From Dudresnaya verticillata (lineage: Eukaryota), in the NCBI GenBank assembly GCA_977862235.1, contig OZ374559.1, forward strand, positions 2,790,001 through 2,854,000: a DNA stretch of 64,000 nucleotides. The letters run 5' to 3'. The notes under the pieces are model-generated. The model saw nothing but the letters and a program-made list of their open reading frames with translations. It did not search any database and was not told the DNA's origin. The translations under genes and the position numbers were made by a program. Below, piece after piece: positions 47,058-58,193 of this stretch (positions are counted from its first letter, which is position 1; each line of letters starts with the position of its first letter).

Positions 47058-47345
47058 TAAATATTTCTGGGCAGTCCTAATAGCCTCACACAGCGTTGCA
47101 TACGCAAAAAAAGGATAAGCTGCACCGGAAACTCTAGGTGCTAGCTTTGATGTGACAATCTATATTCATACATTGCCTATGAGTAAAGCATGAACGATTT
47201 ATCCATTTTCTGAGCATAGTGCTGCAACCAAACGCTGCGACGAAGGTTACAAAAATGAGGACATATACAAGGTTTTCTAAGGTTAATGCTGTTTTGTGGA
47301 GCCGCCCCTAGGAAGAATAATTAAGAAGTGCTGCGAATTAGCATA

Positions 47346-47744
47346 TTATTGCTCCTGAGAGAAGCACGCCTTGGTGGGGCGACATCTTGATGTGATACCA
47401 CGGTAGATCTGGGTCGTGCTCCCGCACAAAGCTGCCCTTTGATAACAGATATTTGAAGTGTCAGTACTCATTTCAACAACAGTACTGGCGTGATCACGAG
47501 GAGTTCCGCAACAACAGAACCGTATTCTGTGCCCAGCAGGGAATCTGTTTCTCCCGAAGGCATCCACCACGGACCTGAAAGCCATCGTGGTAATTGTGTT
47601 CAAAACCCCATCCTCGCTCTGGTCGACTGCATCTCCGGAAACAACTTCAGCTTTGTCTTTATTTTCTGGGGCAGCCTCTTTGACCGGGTATGCTGCTATA
47701 ACGAATATTGTAAGCAATCAACTGGGGGAGGCGGTAATCTGCAT
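47346..47744 (-). pseudogene. Possible small secreted Cys-rich protein with an in-frame TGA in the signal peptide
   Basis: MQITASPS*LLTIFVIAAYP, acidic spacer, 7 Cys in the C-terminal half; TATA-like site near 47880. Confidence 0.35.
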
Positions 47745-49233
47745 CTCCCGGCTCGGTTAACCGATATTGCGTGCAGATATCGTGAATTCCTTTTCGTCAA
47801 GAAGTCTTTCCATCGAGTTACACACTGCACCAGAGGCCTATCCGCCATTCAAGATGGAATAACACCCATAGAGCACACTTTTTATAAACCATTAAATAGT
47901 ATTCTGTGTGAGATGTTAAAGACAAGCTTCCTTTGTGGCTAAGAGTCTCCCATTCCTACCCCCTTCAAACTGAAATTATCAATGCGCTGTACTCTGCAAC
48001 TCAAAGCCAAAACCTGTGCGGCCGTTAAAACCGCTATGCGTGTGTGATGAGGTTTTTAAACAAAACTTACAACTGCACAGCGATACACGACATGTTTCTG
48101 AAACGTTTCTCGCGTTTAAGGGAAATTATAACGTTCCTTTATAGAAGGAAAAGGGGTTCTTTGGTTCCAGTTAACATTACCCTTTCTAAACTTGTTCCAT
48201 CCAAAGGAATATCGAGAACTTCCTCAGACACTATGATGTTGGACGGATATTGCTAAATGGATCTTCTGCATTCATGTTCTTGCATTTTGTTCTTCGTTTG
48301 CCTTTGGGGAGCTTCGCGAGAGCCTATCGTTTTATTTTGATAATAATGACTAGTTTCAATCTCAAACTGAGAAGTTTTTTTGCATTATAGTCATCATAAC
48401 TTGTTGTAAGACAATGACACGCCGCAATTCCAATATGCATTCGATCGACGCAAAAAATCCTTTTCGGCTCATCACAAGACTTTGTCCCAAGCGATAAAAC
48501 CATGTGGCACATCGTCGGCTCACAGTGACAATATTTCGGTGTCTGCTCCATATCTCGCAGAGTTCTTTATTACAGTACCGCGCAGAAAACTGTTTCGCAC
48601 CTGCAAAGTATACAATAGCACTAGACTCAAAATGATTGTCTCTCGAGCCCAATATCATCATTAAACTTCATGCACAGGTATCAATAGCACAATAGTAATA
48701 GTTCCTAGTGACCCTGTTCTTGTGTTTGCAGCCGTGATCGCGTGCTTTAGATGATAAAGTTACGCCAGTGGACAGTTTCTGGAGCTGCTTTGCCAGCAGA
48801 GATAAATGTCGAAATTCTTCATTATCTAGACTAACGTGATGGCTGCAAGTTGTTAGAAGCTTTTATCTTTGCGGGGTCTTCAATATATTCTTGTCATCTG
48901 TTTTCTTTCTATCGAGACCATGGAATACTGTACGATAGAAAATTCCAAAAAGTGTACTGTTCTGGAAAGTCAGAAGACTCTGCCATTGGAATAGCTTGCC
49001 AGCTAGCTTGCACTGTTTTAAGTTTGGTTCAGGATGTATGTTCGCGTAAGATCCGCAGACGCCTGAACGGATAATGCTCAGTAGGCTGATGCCTTTCTTG
49101 TCTTTAGAATAATTGGTAATAACCTGCCCTAACAGACTGCTCAATGCGATATTGAGGGATCTCCGCAAACTGAGCATTTCGTCTTAGAGATGGGAGGGGA
49201 GGTTGGAGGAAAAGTACCAGACCCGAGATGTAC

Positions 49234-49241
49234 TATATAAA
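49234..49241 (+). promoter_or_regulatory. TATA box of the chitinase gene
   Basis: TATATAAA 100 bp upstream of the ATG; AATAAA near 50947 downstream of the stop. Confidence 0.6.
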
Positions 49242-49333
49242 CACTTGACAATTGCAGGCGACTGATTCATCTACTCCATCCAAGTACCAGTTCCTCAAGA
49301 AACCCCGATTTCGAGTTCAACTCACAAAACGCC

Positions 49334-50830
49334 ATGCAATTCACGGCGACAGCCGCTCTGCTGCTATGGAGCTTGATCAACATTGTTGCTGCTCGCTCCA
49401 GGCAGACTCCCCAATGCACCTACCCTGCTTGGGAGGCCACAGGTATTTATGAAGAAGGAGACTCGGTCTCTCATGAAGCCGCTCAGTACAAGGCGAAGTG
49501 GTGGACCCAAGGTGAGGAGCCTGGAACTACAGGACAATGGGGAGTTTGGGATTACCTCGGACCTTGCTCGGGAACGCCCACGCCAACCCCGACGCCAACA
49601 CCAACTCCGACAGGAACTGGAACACCCACACCGACGCCGCTTCCCGCTGGTTCATTTGTCGGTGCCTATTTCCCGAACTGGGTTAGCTACGATCGAAGGT
49701 ATTTCGTCAAAGACATTGATACCAGCGGGTCAGCAGCGAAACTTACGCATATCTTGTATGCGTTTGGAGATGTTGACTCTTCCGGAAAATGCAAAATGTA
49801 CGACACCTGGGCAGAATATGAGAAAGCCTTCTCAGCAGCCGAAAGTGTTGACGGTGTCGCCGATTCATGGGATGATCCCCTTAAGGGTAATTTCAACCAG
49901 TTGTTGAAGCTCAAGAAAAAGTACCCGCACATCAAGGTGCTGTACTCGATCGGTGGGTGGACTCTCTCAGGTAACTTCGGAACAGCTTCCAAAAACGCCG
50001 CGCAATTCGCACAGTCGTGCTATGATATGATTTATGATCAAAGATGGCTGGGAGTCTTTGATGGCATCGACATCGATTGGGAGTATGCCAATGATTGCGG
50101 ACTCACTTGCGACGATAGCGGCCGCGACGCTCTCACAGTCCTGATGAAGGCAGTGCGCGAAAAGTTCCCAACTCAACTCGTATCTGCTGCGATCGCAGGT
50201 GACGCTAGGTCGGACGGAAAACTCACAAAAGCAGATTACGCTGGAGCAATTGAATACATGGACTTTGTGATGGTAATGACGTACGACTACTTCGGTGCGT
50301 GGGATCCCAGTGGTCCAACAGCCCCGAATGCCCCTCTCGAATCGTATGACGGTATTCCGATCGAAGGTATGTATGCCGACCAAGCTATTGACTACCTGCT
50401 GGCCAAGGGCGTGCCGGCCGACAAAATCATTTTCGGCATGCCATTCTACGGCCGTGGATGGCAGGGAGTTTCGCAGTCTGCCCCAGGAGGATCTGCAACA
50501 GGTCCAGCTCCCGGAACTTGGGAAGAGGGTACTGATGACTACAAGGTCCTTATCAACAGCTGTCCGCCGACAGGGCCCATTGCAGGAACTATGTATGCAT
50601 TCTGCTCTGGTGAATGGTGGAGCTATGACACTCCTTCCACCATCGCCAGCAAGGCGATATATGCTGCCAATAAGGGTCTTGGTGGGTCATTTGCATGGGA
50701 GCTGAGTGGCGATACTCCAAACGCAGATATGCTGAACGCCATGGTCTCTGCCTCTAAGTCTGTGAAGTCAAGTTTGAGAGTTCCAGGCATTAAGAAGAAC
50801 CTCAAGTGCGATTGCAATTGCTCCGGTTAG
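49334..50830 (+). CDS. Secreted GH18 chitinase with CBM5/12 chitin-binding domain and Pro/Thr linker
   Basis: Signal peptide; YKAKWWTQGEEPG (ChtBD3); (PT)n linker; SIGGW; FDGIDIDWEY (intact DxxDxDxE); MTYD; AWELSGD. Confidence 0.95.
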   Translation: MQFTATAALLLWSLINIVAARSRQTPQCTYPAWEATGIYEEGDSVSHEAAQYKAKWWTQGEEPGTTGQWGVWDYLGPCSGTPTPTPTPTPTPTGTGTPTPTPLPAGSFVGAYFPNWVSYDRRYFVKDIDTSGSAAKLTHILYAFGDVDSSGKCKMYDTWAEYEKAFSAAESVDGVADSWDDPLKGNFNQLLKLKKKYPHIKVLYSIGGWTLSGNFGTASKNAAQFAQSCYDMIYDQRWLGVFDGIDIDWEYANDCGLTCDDSGRDALTVLMKAVREKFPTQLVSAAIAGDARSDGKLTKADYAGAIEYMDFVMVMTYDYFGAWDPSGPTAPNAPLESYDGIPIEGMYADQAIDYLLAKGVPADKIIFGMPFYGRGWQGVSQSAPGGSATGPAPGTWEEGTDDYKVLINSCPPTGPIAGTMYAFCSGEWWSYDTPSTIASKAIYAANKGLGGSFAWELSGDTPNADMLNAMVSASKSVKSSLRVPGIKKNLKCDCNCSG

Positions 50831-50966
50831 GAGTTAATTGTGGATCGAGTTTGTTTGATGGTCAAACAGGAATCTCCCGTTATCGAATATTTAGAAGCGA
50901 ATTAAGGTTCCAGTTATGATAGACGTAGTTCGAGGCCGTCAATAGCAATAAAGCAGCCGCTAATGA

Positions 50967-51100
50967 CATCATCATCATCACAACTTTAATGAAGCAAGAC
51001 GAACAGCGGAAACCCTAATGACTTAGCCGCTGATGACTACTGGAAGGCCTGGACTAACGGGACGGCGACGATTCACGGCGAGTGCGGTGAGCTGGAGAAT
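50967..51100 (-). mobile_element. 134-bp 3' fragment of the (TGA)n-tailed RLE LINE
   Basis: Reverse complement is nearly identical to the last ~140 bp of the element at 61607-62623. Confidence 0.9.
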
Positions 51101-51135
51101 AACCGAAGTATGAAAATCCTAGCAGTAACGTCAGC

Positions 51136-52363
51136 TTGCATGCCTTGAAACATAACCATCTCGTAGGAACTCAGATTAGCCGTTACCGCTCGAAACGCAT
51201 GGGGCTGACCAACAGTGCTTGGGAATTGGCCGGTCTCCCGCTGCGCCAAGGCGGTTTAGGTCTCACGCATACTTCATGGTTGCCGGATGTTGCTTTTCTG
51301 AGTTCCGTTCTCGCCTGATTGCCGACTATCACTGCTCTACTCGGCGTTTCCGGTTTTAGCGCTCGTACTATCCTCTCTGCTCCTTTACGACGCGAACAGA
51401 GCATTTTATCCCTCTCGTCATCTGCCGCACCCTATTTCCATGGACTCGCTACTGGCTCGCGGTTTATCCACTGCCTTCCAGCCCACGTACGCCCTACAAC
51501 ACGACTTAACCAACCGGCTCCTGCTTGATAAGCTCTCTACCCTGACGCCTGCCTCTCACGATGCTGCCGACATTCGCACTCGTCTACGACTCCAATCTAC
51601 TGGTACCTCAAACTCTGCTCGCCCATTCAGCACTATCCCTTTTCACGGGAGTGACCTTCGCGTCGAGTCCGAGATCTGGAAGATCACGGTCCGCCTTCGT
51701 CTCGGTCTCCCGTTGTTCGATGGCGGCCTCCCATGCTCCCGCTGCGCAGCTGACACCTGCTCCTCTATCCCTCTGCTCAACCGCTATGGGCACCATGCCA
51801 CCGTCTGTGGCGCTCTCGAAGGGTCTATCCGTTGCCAACATGGCCTTCGAGACAAATTCGCTGCTTATATTCGTACTGTTGCGCTTCATCATGGCGTCCA
51901 ACTTCGCCTGGAAGAGCCCGTTGTCGATCCCTCTGACCCCACCCGCGACCCGCTTCGCCTAGACATCTACGTGGACGATCGCAGCTTTTCCCGTAAAGCA
52001 CAAGCGTTCGATGTCTCTGTTGTGAGTCCTTTGGAGTCCCCATTCACTGCCGGGCAGAACCGGTCGCGTCGTGGTCAGGCCATCCTTGCCCACGAGAGGG
52101 CGAAACGTAACTATTACCGCACTGTTTGTGATCAATATGACATTGAGCTACACCCGATGGTCATTGATATATATGGGCGCACCGGTGCTGGCCTCGACAT
52201 CGGCGCTCAAGTCTTCGCCAACTTCCTTGCCGAAAAGAAAGGCACTTGCCCGCTTGCTGAGAAACATGCTCTCTTGAATCGTCTTGTCTCGTTTGTTACT
52301 CAGTTTGTCGCCGTCAGCGTCAATCGTCGCAACTTTAATCCTGCAGATTTGCCTCCTATGTAG
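51136..52363 (+). pseudogene. Truncated non-LTR retrotransposon ORF with restriction-like endonuclease (RLE)
   Basis: LPLRQGGLGL, LRLGLPL, CxxC...HATVC, H.LRD, RLDI, DVSVVSP, ERAKRNYY; stops and frameshifts upstream. Confidence 0.85.
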
Positions 52364-52820
52364 TGCTTATGAGTATCCAGTAGGGATGCTCTAGCTTCAT
52401 GCTTTCGTAAAGTGATGTTTACCCCGTTCGAATGACAATACGGGCGTCACTCTAATTGTCTTAAGTCTCTTGGTCTCCAATGTGTTCCTCGCAGCGTCGA
52501 CTGACGCAAGTTGTCCTCCGCTCTTTTGACTGACAGCCTTAGGCTCCCTTATGGGGCTTCCAGCTATTCTTGAGAAAAGTTAATCCTCCCTTTCATCACT
52601 AACGCTTATAATAAAGTGTCATTCTCTGGGGATGGAATTTAAATGTCTGGACAGTTTCCTCTCTCGATGACCAGAGCCGGACGGCGGGAGGCAGAGGATG
52701 GCCTGTTTCTTGGCTAAACATCGGCAGGCTAACTCCAGTCTGAGTCTTGCTGCGGACGCCTAATGCAATTGATGAGCAGCGTCTTCATCGGTTGAGGGTA
52801 TGTGTGTGGCGATGTCTTGG

Positions 52821-52921
52821 AAGGGGAACCATGTTGCAATGGCGAGCAAAGACCAAGAAAAAGACTTTAGAAGGGGAACCTTGTTGCAATCGCGAGCAAA
52901 GACCAAGAACAAGACTTTAGA
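52821..52921. repeat. 50-bp imperfect tandem duplication
   Basis: AAGGGGAACCWTGTTGCAATSGCGAGCAAAGACCAAGAAMAAGACTTTAG x2. Confidence 0.85.
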
Positions 52922-53620
52922 GTTCCGATGCAGATGCCTCTATCAGACAGGACTTCTTTACTCAACCAGCTTGATTAAATATTAACTCAACGAGTCAAAT
53001 AACTTCAGGAGAAGTAAACTGACCCTAGCGGTGTATAAGGGCTAAGCGTCACCTACCAGGAATTCCATCCTAGCACACTCATGATTGTCGACACCTATGG
53101 CCGAATTGGCCACGGGTTTGAACTTGGCGTGCGGCGCATTGCAAACTTCCTTGCCGTGAAGAAGGGCACTGTTATCCCGCTGTGGCACACAGCGGGCACT
53201 GTAGTTGACGCAGACAACGTTAGATGGCAGCCAGATCATCTGGTATGATAGCAAACCCTTCAGTCAAGATAGGACGCATGATTTGGCGCAATTATGCGAC
53301 AATAATCGCGGGAAGCTGTTTGCACGCCAGCGCGGCGCGGGCGAGGGCCGACGGCGGGTTCGAGCGGCTCCCGCCTTGACAGAAGGCCTACATAAACCTG
53401 CTCCACTCCAGTCGAGGAGTGGGGGCAACCAGCACGGTGCCCACCAGACTTGCCAGCGCCCGAGCGCCTCCTCCCAGATCCCTACAGTGCCAACCGGGCT
53501 CCGGTCGCCACAGGGCACGCACGCGATCGCCGCGCCGCACAGTACCCATCAAAGCGCTTTGTTCTTCGAAGAGCACTACTGAGCGACGCGCGTGGTACGG
53601 CGGGCACCGCCCAACACAAC

Positions 53621-54430
53621 ATGGCAGGCGCTACTATTTCGTGGATTACGGCGCCGCAACTCAAGTCAGTGATGGGAGAGGAGCTTCTCGCGTTCAAGAT
53701 AAAGTACCGCGCCTACAAGGGCAAAGTCGAGGAGTTCAACCGCTCTCGGACACCGGCGCAACGCATACCGCCGGCAGGCCTCAAGTCGTGCATGGATCCC
53801 GAGCTACTCACATCGATGATCCTGTGCCAGGCTTTCCCCGGCGTCACTTCTACCGCAACGCTCACCGACGAGCAAGTGAACACATGGCTGGAGGCGCGTT
53901 GCCGTGTCTCACACAAAGACATCGACAACCAGGTGTCCAACACACTGGACCGGGTAAAGTTCAAGCCAAAGAGCTCCGACCCCCAAGGTGCCGCACTGCA
54001 GTTCTTCACCTCAGTGACAACCGAGCTGCAGAGGAACCGAGCGGCACAGGTCATCACCGAGGCACCGAAAGCCCTCATCCAACAGCTCGTCCCGAAGTTG
54101 GAGCCGCGACTCCTGCGCGACAAGGTCAAGTCGAGCATGAAGTACTGGAAGGAAGAAGACAAGAGAAGCTTCCACCACTTCCTTGAACAGGTCACCGCGA
54201 CGTACGTCGACATCGCTACGTACGCAGAAAAAGAAAGCCCTCCGAGCAACAACGGAGGCCGGGGCAAAGACATCAACCCGAAGAAGGCTCGAAAAGACAA
54301 GAGCGAGCACGGAAACAACAATGACAAAAGCCGAGAAAAGAACCCTAGCACCTCCAAGGATGCAGACAGCAGCGACGCTTCGAAGAGGAAGAAGAAACGC
54401 AAAAAATCGAGTGGTCAGAGCCGTGCCTGA
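53621..54430 (+). CDS. gag: Gypsy Gag
   Basis: ATG at 53621; the frame shifts near the A6 run at 54401 into a degenerate knuckle (CLNKAFHKHHRVMDC) continuous with pol. Confidence 0.75.
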   Translation: MAGATISWITAPQLKSVMGEELLAFKIKYRAYKGKVEEFNRSRTPAQRIPPAGLKSCMDPELLTSMILCQAFPGVTSTATLTDEQVNTWLEARCRVSHKDIDNQVSNTLDRVKFKPKSSDPQGAALQFFTSVTTELQRNRAAQVITEAPKALIQQLVPKLEPRLLRDKVKSSMKYWKEEDKRSFHHFLEQVTATYVDIATYAEKESPPSNNGGRGKDINPKKARKDKSEHGNNNDKSREKNPSTSKDADSSDASKRKKKRKKSSGQSRA

Positions 54431-54459
54431 ACAAGGCCTTCCACAAGCATCATCGAGTC

Positions 54460-57400
54460 ATGGACTGCGACATGACCAGCCCAGACGAGAAGAAAAGGCT
54501 GCTGGATGCGTTCTACGATGAGAAGAAGAAGGCTAAGGTAGCCGCTATCTCAAGGGGTGCACTTGGAGATGGACGCTGGAAGGCTTTGCTGCACGAATCA
54601 GTCGAAGTGATTGCCCTAGGCGACTACGGTGCAGACAAGTCTGCTCTCCCTAAACGGATCGTGAAGCTGCTCCAGCAGGCTGGCAAGGCTGTGGAGGTTG
54701 TGACGTTCGACACACCGATCAACCAATCTCCCGCAGTCGAGCTGAAGCAAGGTACAATCACCGCGTCTGCGAAGGCTCTTTTCAACATCACTGTCTGCTT
54801 GCCATGTGGGCCGCTCCGACTGCGCAAAGTGGAGTTCCTGATCATCGACCAAGACATGGATGAGGTCCTGCTAGGACGTCCGCTTCTCAAGTGCCTAGGC
54901 TTCAACTTAGAGTCACATTTGCAGAAGGTACGAGACAAGTACGACGAAGCGGGCATCAGCGATCTCATGAGCCGTACTGAAGACGACTTCGAGGCCTCCA
55001 GTAACTCAGCCAAGACCGCAGCGTTCGCCCCATACACCGGCCTGTGGTACGACCAGGCTGAGGAAGATCCGATCGAACTGCCGCCCTCTGCAGGGGCCAA
55101 CATCGGAACAGACAAGGAAGAAGACATCCAGGAAGCATTTAGAAGTATGCTGACGTCTGCGAAGGACAACGGGATGTCAGCAGAAGGGCTAGCAACAGCT
55201 AAACGGATGCTCGACGAGTACAGGGACATCTTCCGGATTAACCTGGGGGCAGACCCACCGGCCAAGGTGGAGCCGCTCAGGATCAAGCTCAAGCCTAACC
55301 ACCGACCTGTCAGAGCCAAGCAGCGAAGGTACACTCCCAAACAGCACGCCTTCATCTCTACAGCCGTTCGTGAGATCAAATCCGTGGGGGCCATTCGTAG
55401 CAACTCCCAAGCAAGATGGGCAAGCCCTGCCCTCGCGGTCCCAAAGCCAGGGTCCGACAAGTTCCGCTTCACAGTAGACCTACGGGCACCCAACCGGGAA
55501 ACGATCCCAATCGTATCATCTATGCCTGACCTCGACCATATGATACAGACAACTGCAGGCAGCAAGTGCTTCGCAAAGCTGGACATGTGCCATGCGTACT
55601 GGCAGATCCCGCTTCACGAAGAGTCACAAGAATGCATGTCTATCCAGACACCGCTCGGGGTGCACACTCCCTTTCGCCTCTTACAAGGGCAGACGGACGC
55701 CGGAAACCATTTGCAGTGCGTGACATCTCACATCTTTGTCGAGTGCATCAAGAAGATCATTCAGTGGTTGGACGACTTCCTGCTCGACGCCAAACACGAG
55801 AAGGAGCTACTGGAAGCCCTGCTGTTGTTCTTCAAGCAGTGTCTCAAGTACAACCTCAAGCTGCATGCCAAGAAGTGCGAACTCTTCGTGAAGGAAGCAA
55901 GCTTCTGTGGGCGTGTAATAGATGAGACAGGTGTTCGCTCTAGCCCACGGGAACTACACACCATCCTGGGCATGCGAAAGCCAGAATTCGCTTCGGACCT
56001 CCAACAGTTCTTGTGCGCTACGAACTGGATGCGCAAGAGTATCCCCGAGTACTCTAAGACAATCGCACCGCTTCACGACCAGATGGAGATTTGCTACGGC
56101 AAGGCAAAGAAGCGAACCAAGAAAGCAGTGAAGAACATATCACTGTCTGCACTATGGGGGGCTACACACAACTCTGCCTTCAGTCAGATTCAATCTCACA
56201 TAGTCCAGTCAATCAAGCTCGCATATCCTAAGTCAAGCCATATGCTTTGCCTCTTCACCGACGCCTCCGAGACCCACTGGGCGTCTGTACTAACGCAGAT
56301 ACCACACCAACAGATGGATTTGGACGTCGAGGAGCAGGATCACGAGCCCTTAGCCTTCCTATCTGGATCCTTTACAGGCGCTGCAGCCAACTGGAGTATA
56401 GTAGAGAAGGAAGCATTCTCGGTCGTAGAATCTATGACAAGACTCGACCACTTCACAGCGGCAGGTGAGATCTCATTGTTCACGGACCATGCCAACCTGG
56501 TGTACATCTTCGACGCGTACGGAAGGAACCCAGGTATGAGCCGGCACACAGCGAACAAGCTCATGCGATGGGCGCTCAAGCTGAGCGCCTATCGATACGT
56601 CATCGAGCACCTCCCTGGCGAGCAAAACGTATGGGCGGACATACTAACGCGCTGGGCCGTCAAGCCCAGAGACAGAGTGAAGTCGGTCAAGATAGCCAGT
56701 CTGTTCTACGCCCCAATTACTCCCGATACTAACGAATAGTATGACTGGCCAACTCGCAACGACTTCGCTAAGGCTCAGAAGGAAACAACAGAACAATCGC
56801 TGCATGGTTTCAGCGAGAAAGATGGAATAATCCAAGACAATGGAGGTGTCTTCTGGCTTCCCGTAGACAGCGGTCTGCTGCGCTTACGTGTGCTCATCGC
56901 CGCACACACCGGCAATCGTGCGCGAACACTTCCGCTGGACGTCAATGGCTAAGGACGTGGAGGCATTCGTGAAAACGTGCCTGCATTGCCTCTGCACCGC
57001 GTCAGGAAGGACAATCCCGAGACCCATAGGGCACAGTCTACATGCCGACGGTCCTAACAAGATCTTGCTCTTCGACTTCTGCTACATTGGCAAGAGCGAC
57101 AAGGCGTTTCTGTACGTGCTGATCCTGAAGGACGACTTTAGCTCCTTCGTTTGGCTTTTTCCCTTTCGAGGCCGCAGACGCCTCGTCGACAGTGGACGCC
57201 CTGATGGAATGGTTCTCCTCATTCGGGGTCGTCCTACAGTGGGTATCCGACCGGGGACCCCATTTCAAGAACGAAGTCGTAGCAGGACTCAGCGAGAAGC
57301 TGCGAAGCTCTCACCACTTCACACTCCCATACTGTCCATGGACTAATGGTACAATAGAGGTGGTTTGCCGGGAACTTATGCGCGTTCTTAGAGCCCTCAC

Positions 57401-58193
57401 GTCTGAGTTCCAAATACCTTTCAAGTCGTGGCCGTCCGTGCTGCCACTTGTGCAAGCAGTCCTAAACAACACGCCTCTGGCCTGCCTTGGAGGCAGATGC
57501 CCGCTCACGGCATTCACTGGCCTGCCAGCGGATACACCCTTAAGAGCAATCAAGACAGAAGTAAGGGGAGAGATCCAAATGCTGGACATAGAAGAGATAC
57601 GAATTAAGCAAGTCATTAAGATTGAGGAGTTGACGCGCGGCCTGGATCACATGCATCGAGAAGTGACCGAGCGATCTACAAAGGCTCGTGAAGCGCGCGT
57701 AGACAAGCACAATGCTCGCACGCGAGTGCGGAGGTGCAACTTCGACATCGGAGACTTTGTACTAAGAAGAAGCACTGAGAAGACATTTACTAGGAAGCTC
57801 TCGTTCCGCTGGCGAGGACCATACAGGGATACGAAGGTTCTTTCGGATTTCCTCTTCCAAGTAGAAGACCTGAGGTCTACGAAGAAATCTACCGTCCATG
57901 GCACGCGTCTCAAGTTCTCCCGCAACGAAGACTTGGACGTCACGACCGAGGTCCTGGAGCAGCTTGCTTTTCAAGACGGCGAGTACTGTGTTGTAGACAA
58001 GATCCTGGACATAAGGATTCACGAGGGAGAAACCCAGCTCCTCGTCTAATGGAAAGGTTTCACCGACGAGGGGCCGGCCTGGGAGGCATTTCCCGTCATG
58101 CAAGAAGACGTCCCTGCCTTGGTTACAGATTTCCTGGCAGACATCAAAGACAATGGCACGGCTAGGCAGAAGCGAATCGCCAAGCACTGCTAG
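54460..58193 (+). pseudogene. pol: Gypsy Pol (protease, RT, RNase H, integrase, chromodomain) with nonsense and frameshift lesions
   Basis: LGDYGAD, LDMCHAYWQI, WLDD, FTDAS, EKEAF, FTDH, CLHC, FDF, SDRG, NGTIE, YCVVDKILD...LLV*WKGF...WE; TAG 56737-56739, TAA 58047-58049, frameshifts near 56900 and 57165. Confidence 0.9.

Noticed and set aside
49334..50830. Chitinase as bacterial contamination
   Set aside because: Flanked by eukaryotic retroelements, has TATA and AATAAA, and no operon neighbours; read-level confirmation is still needed
53713..55586. Minus-strand ORFs of 229 and 320 aa
   Set aside because: Antisense shadows of Gypsy gag and pol
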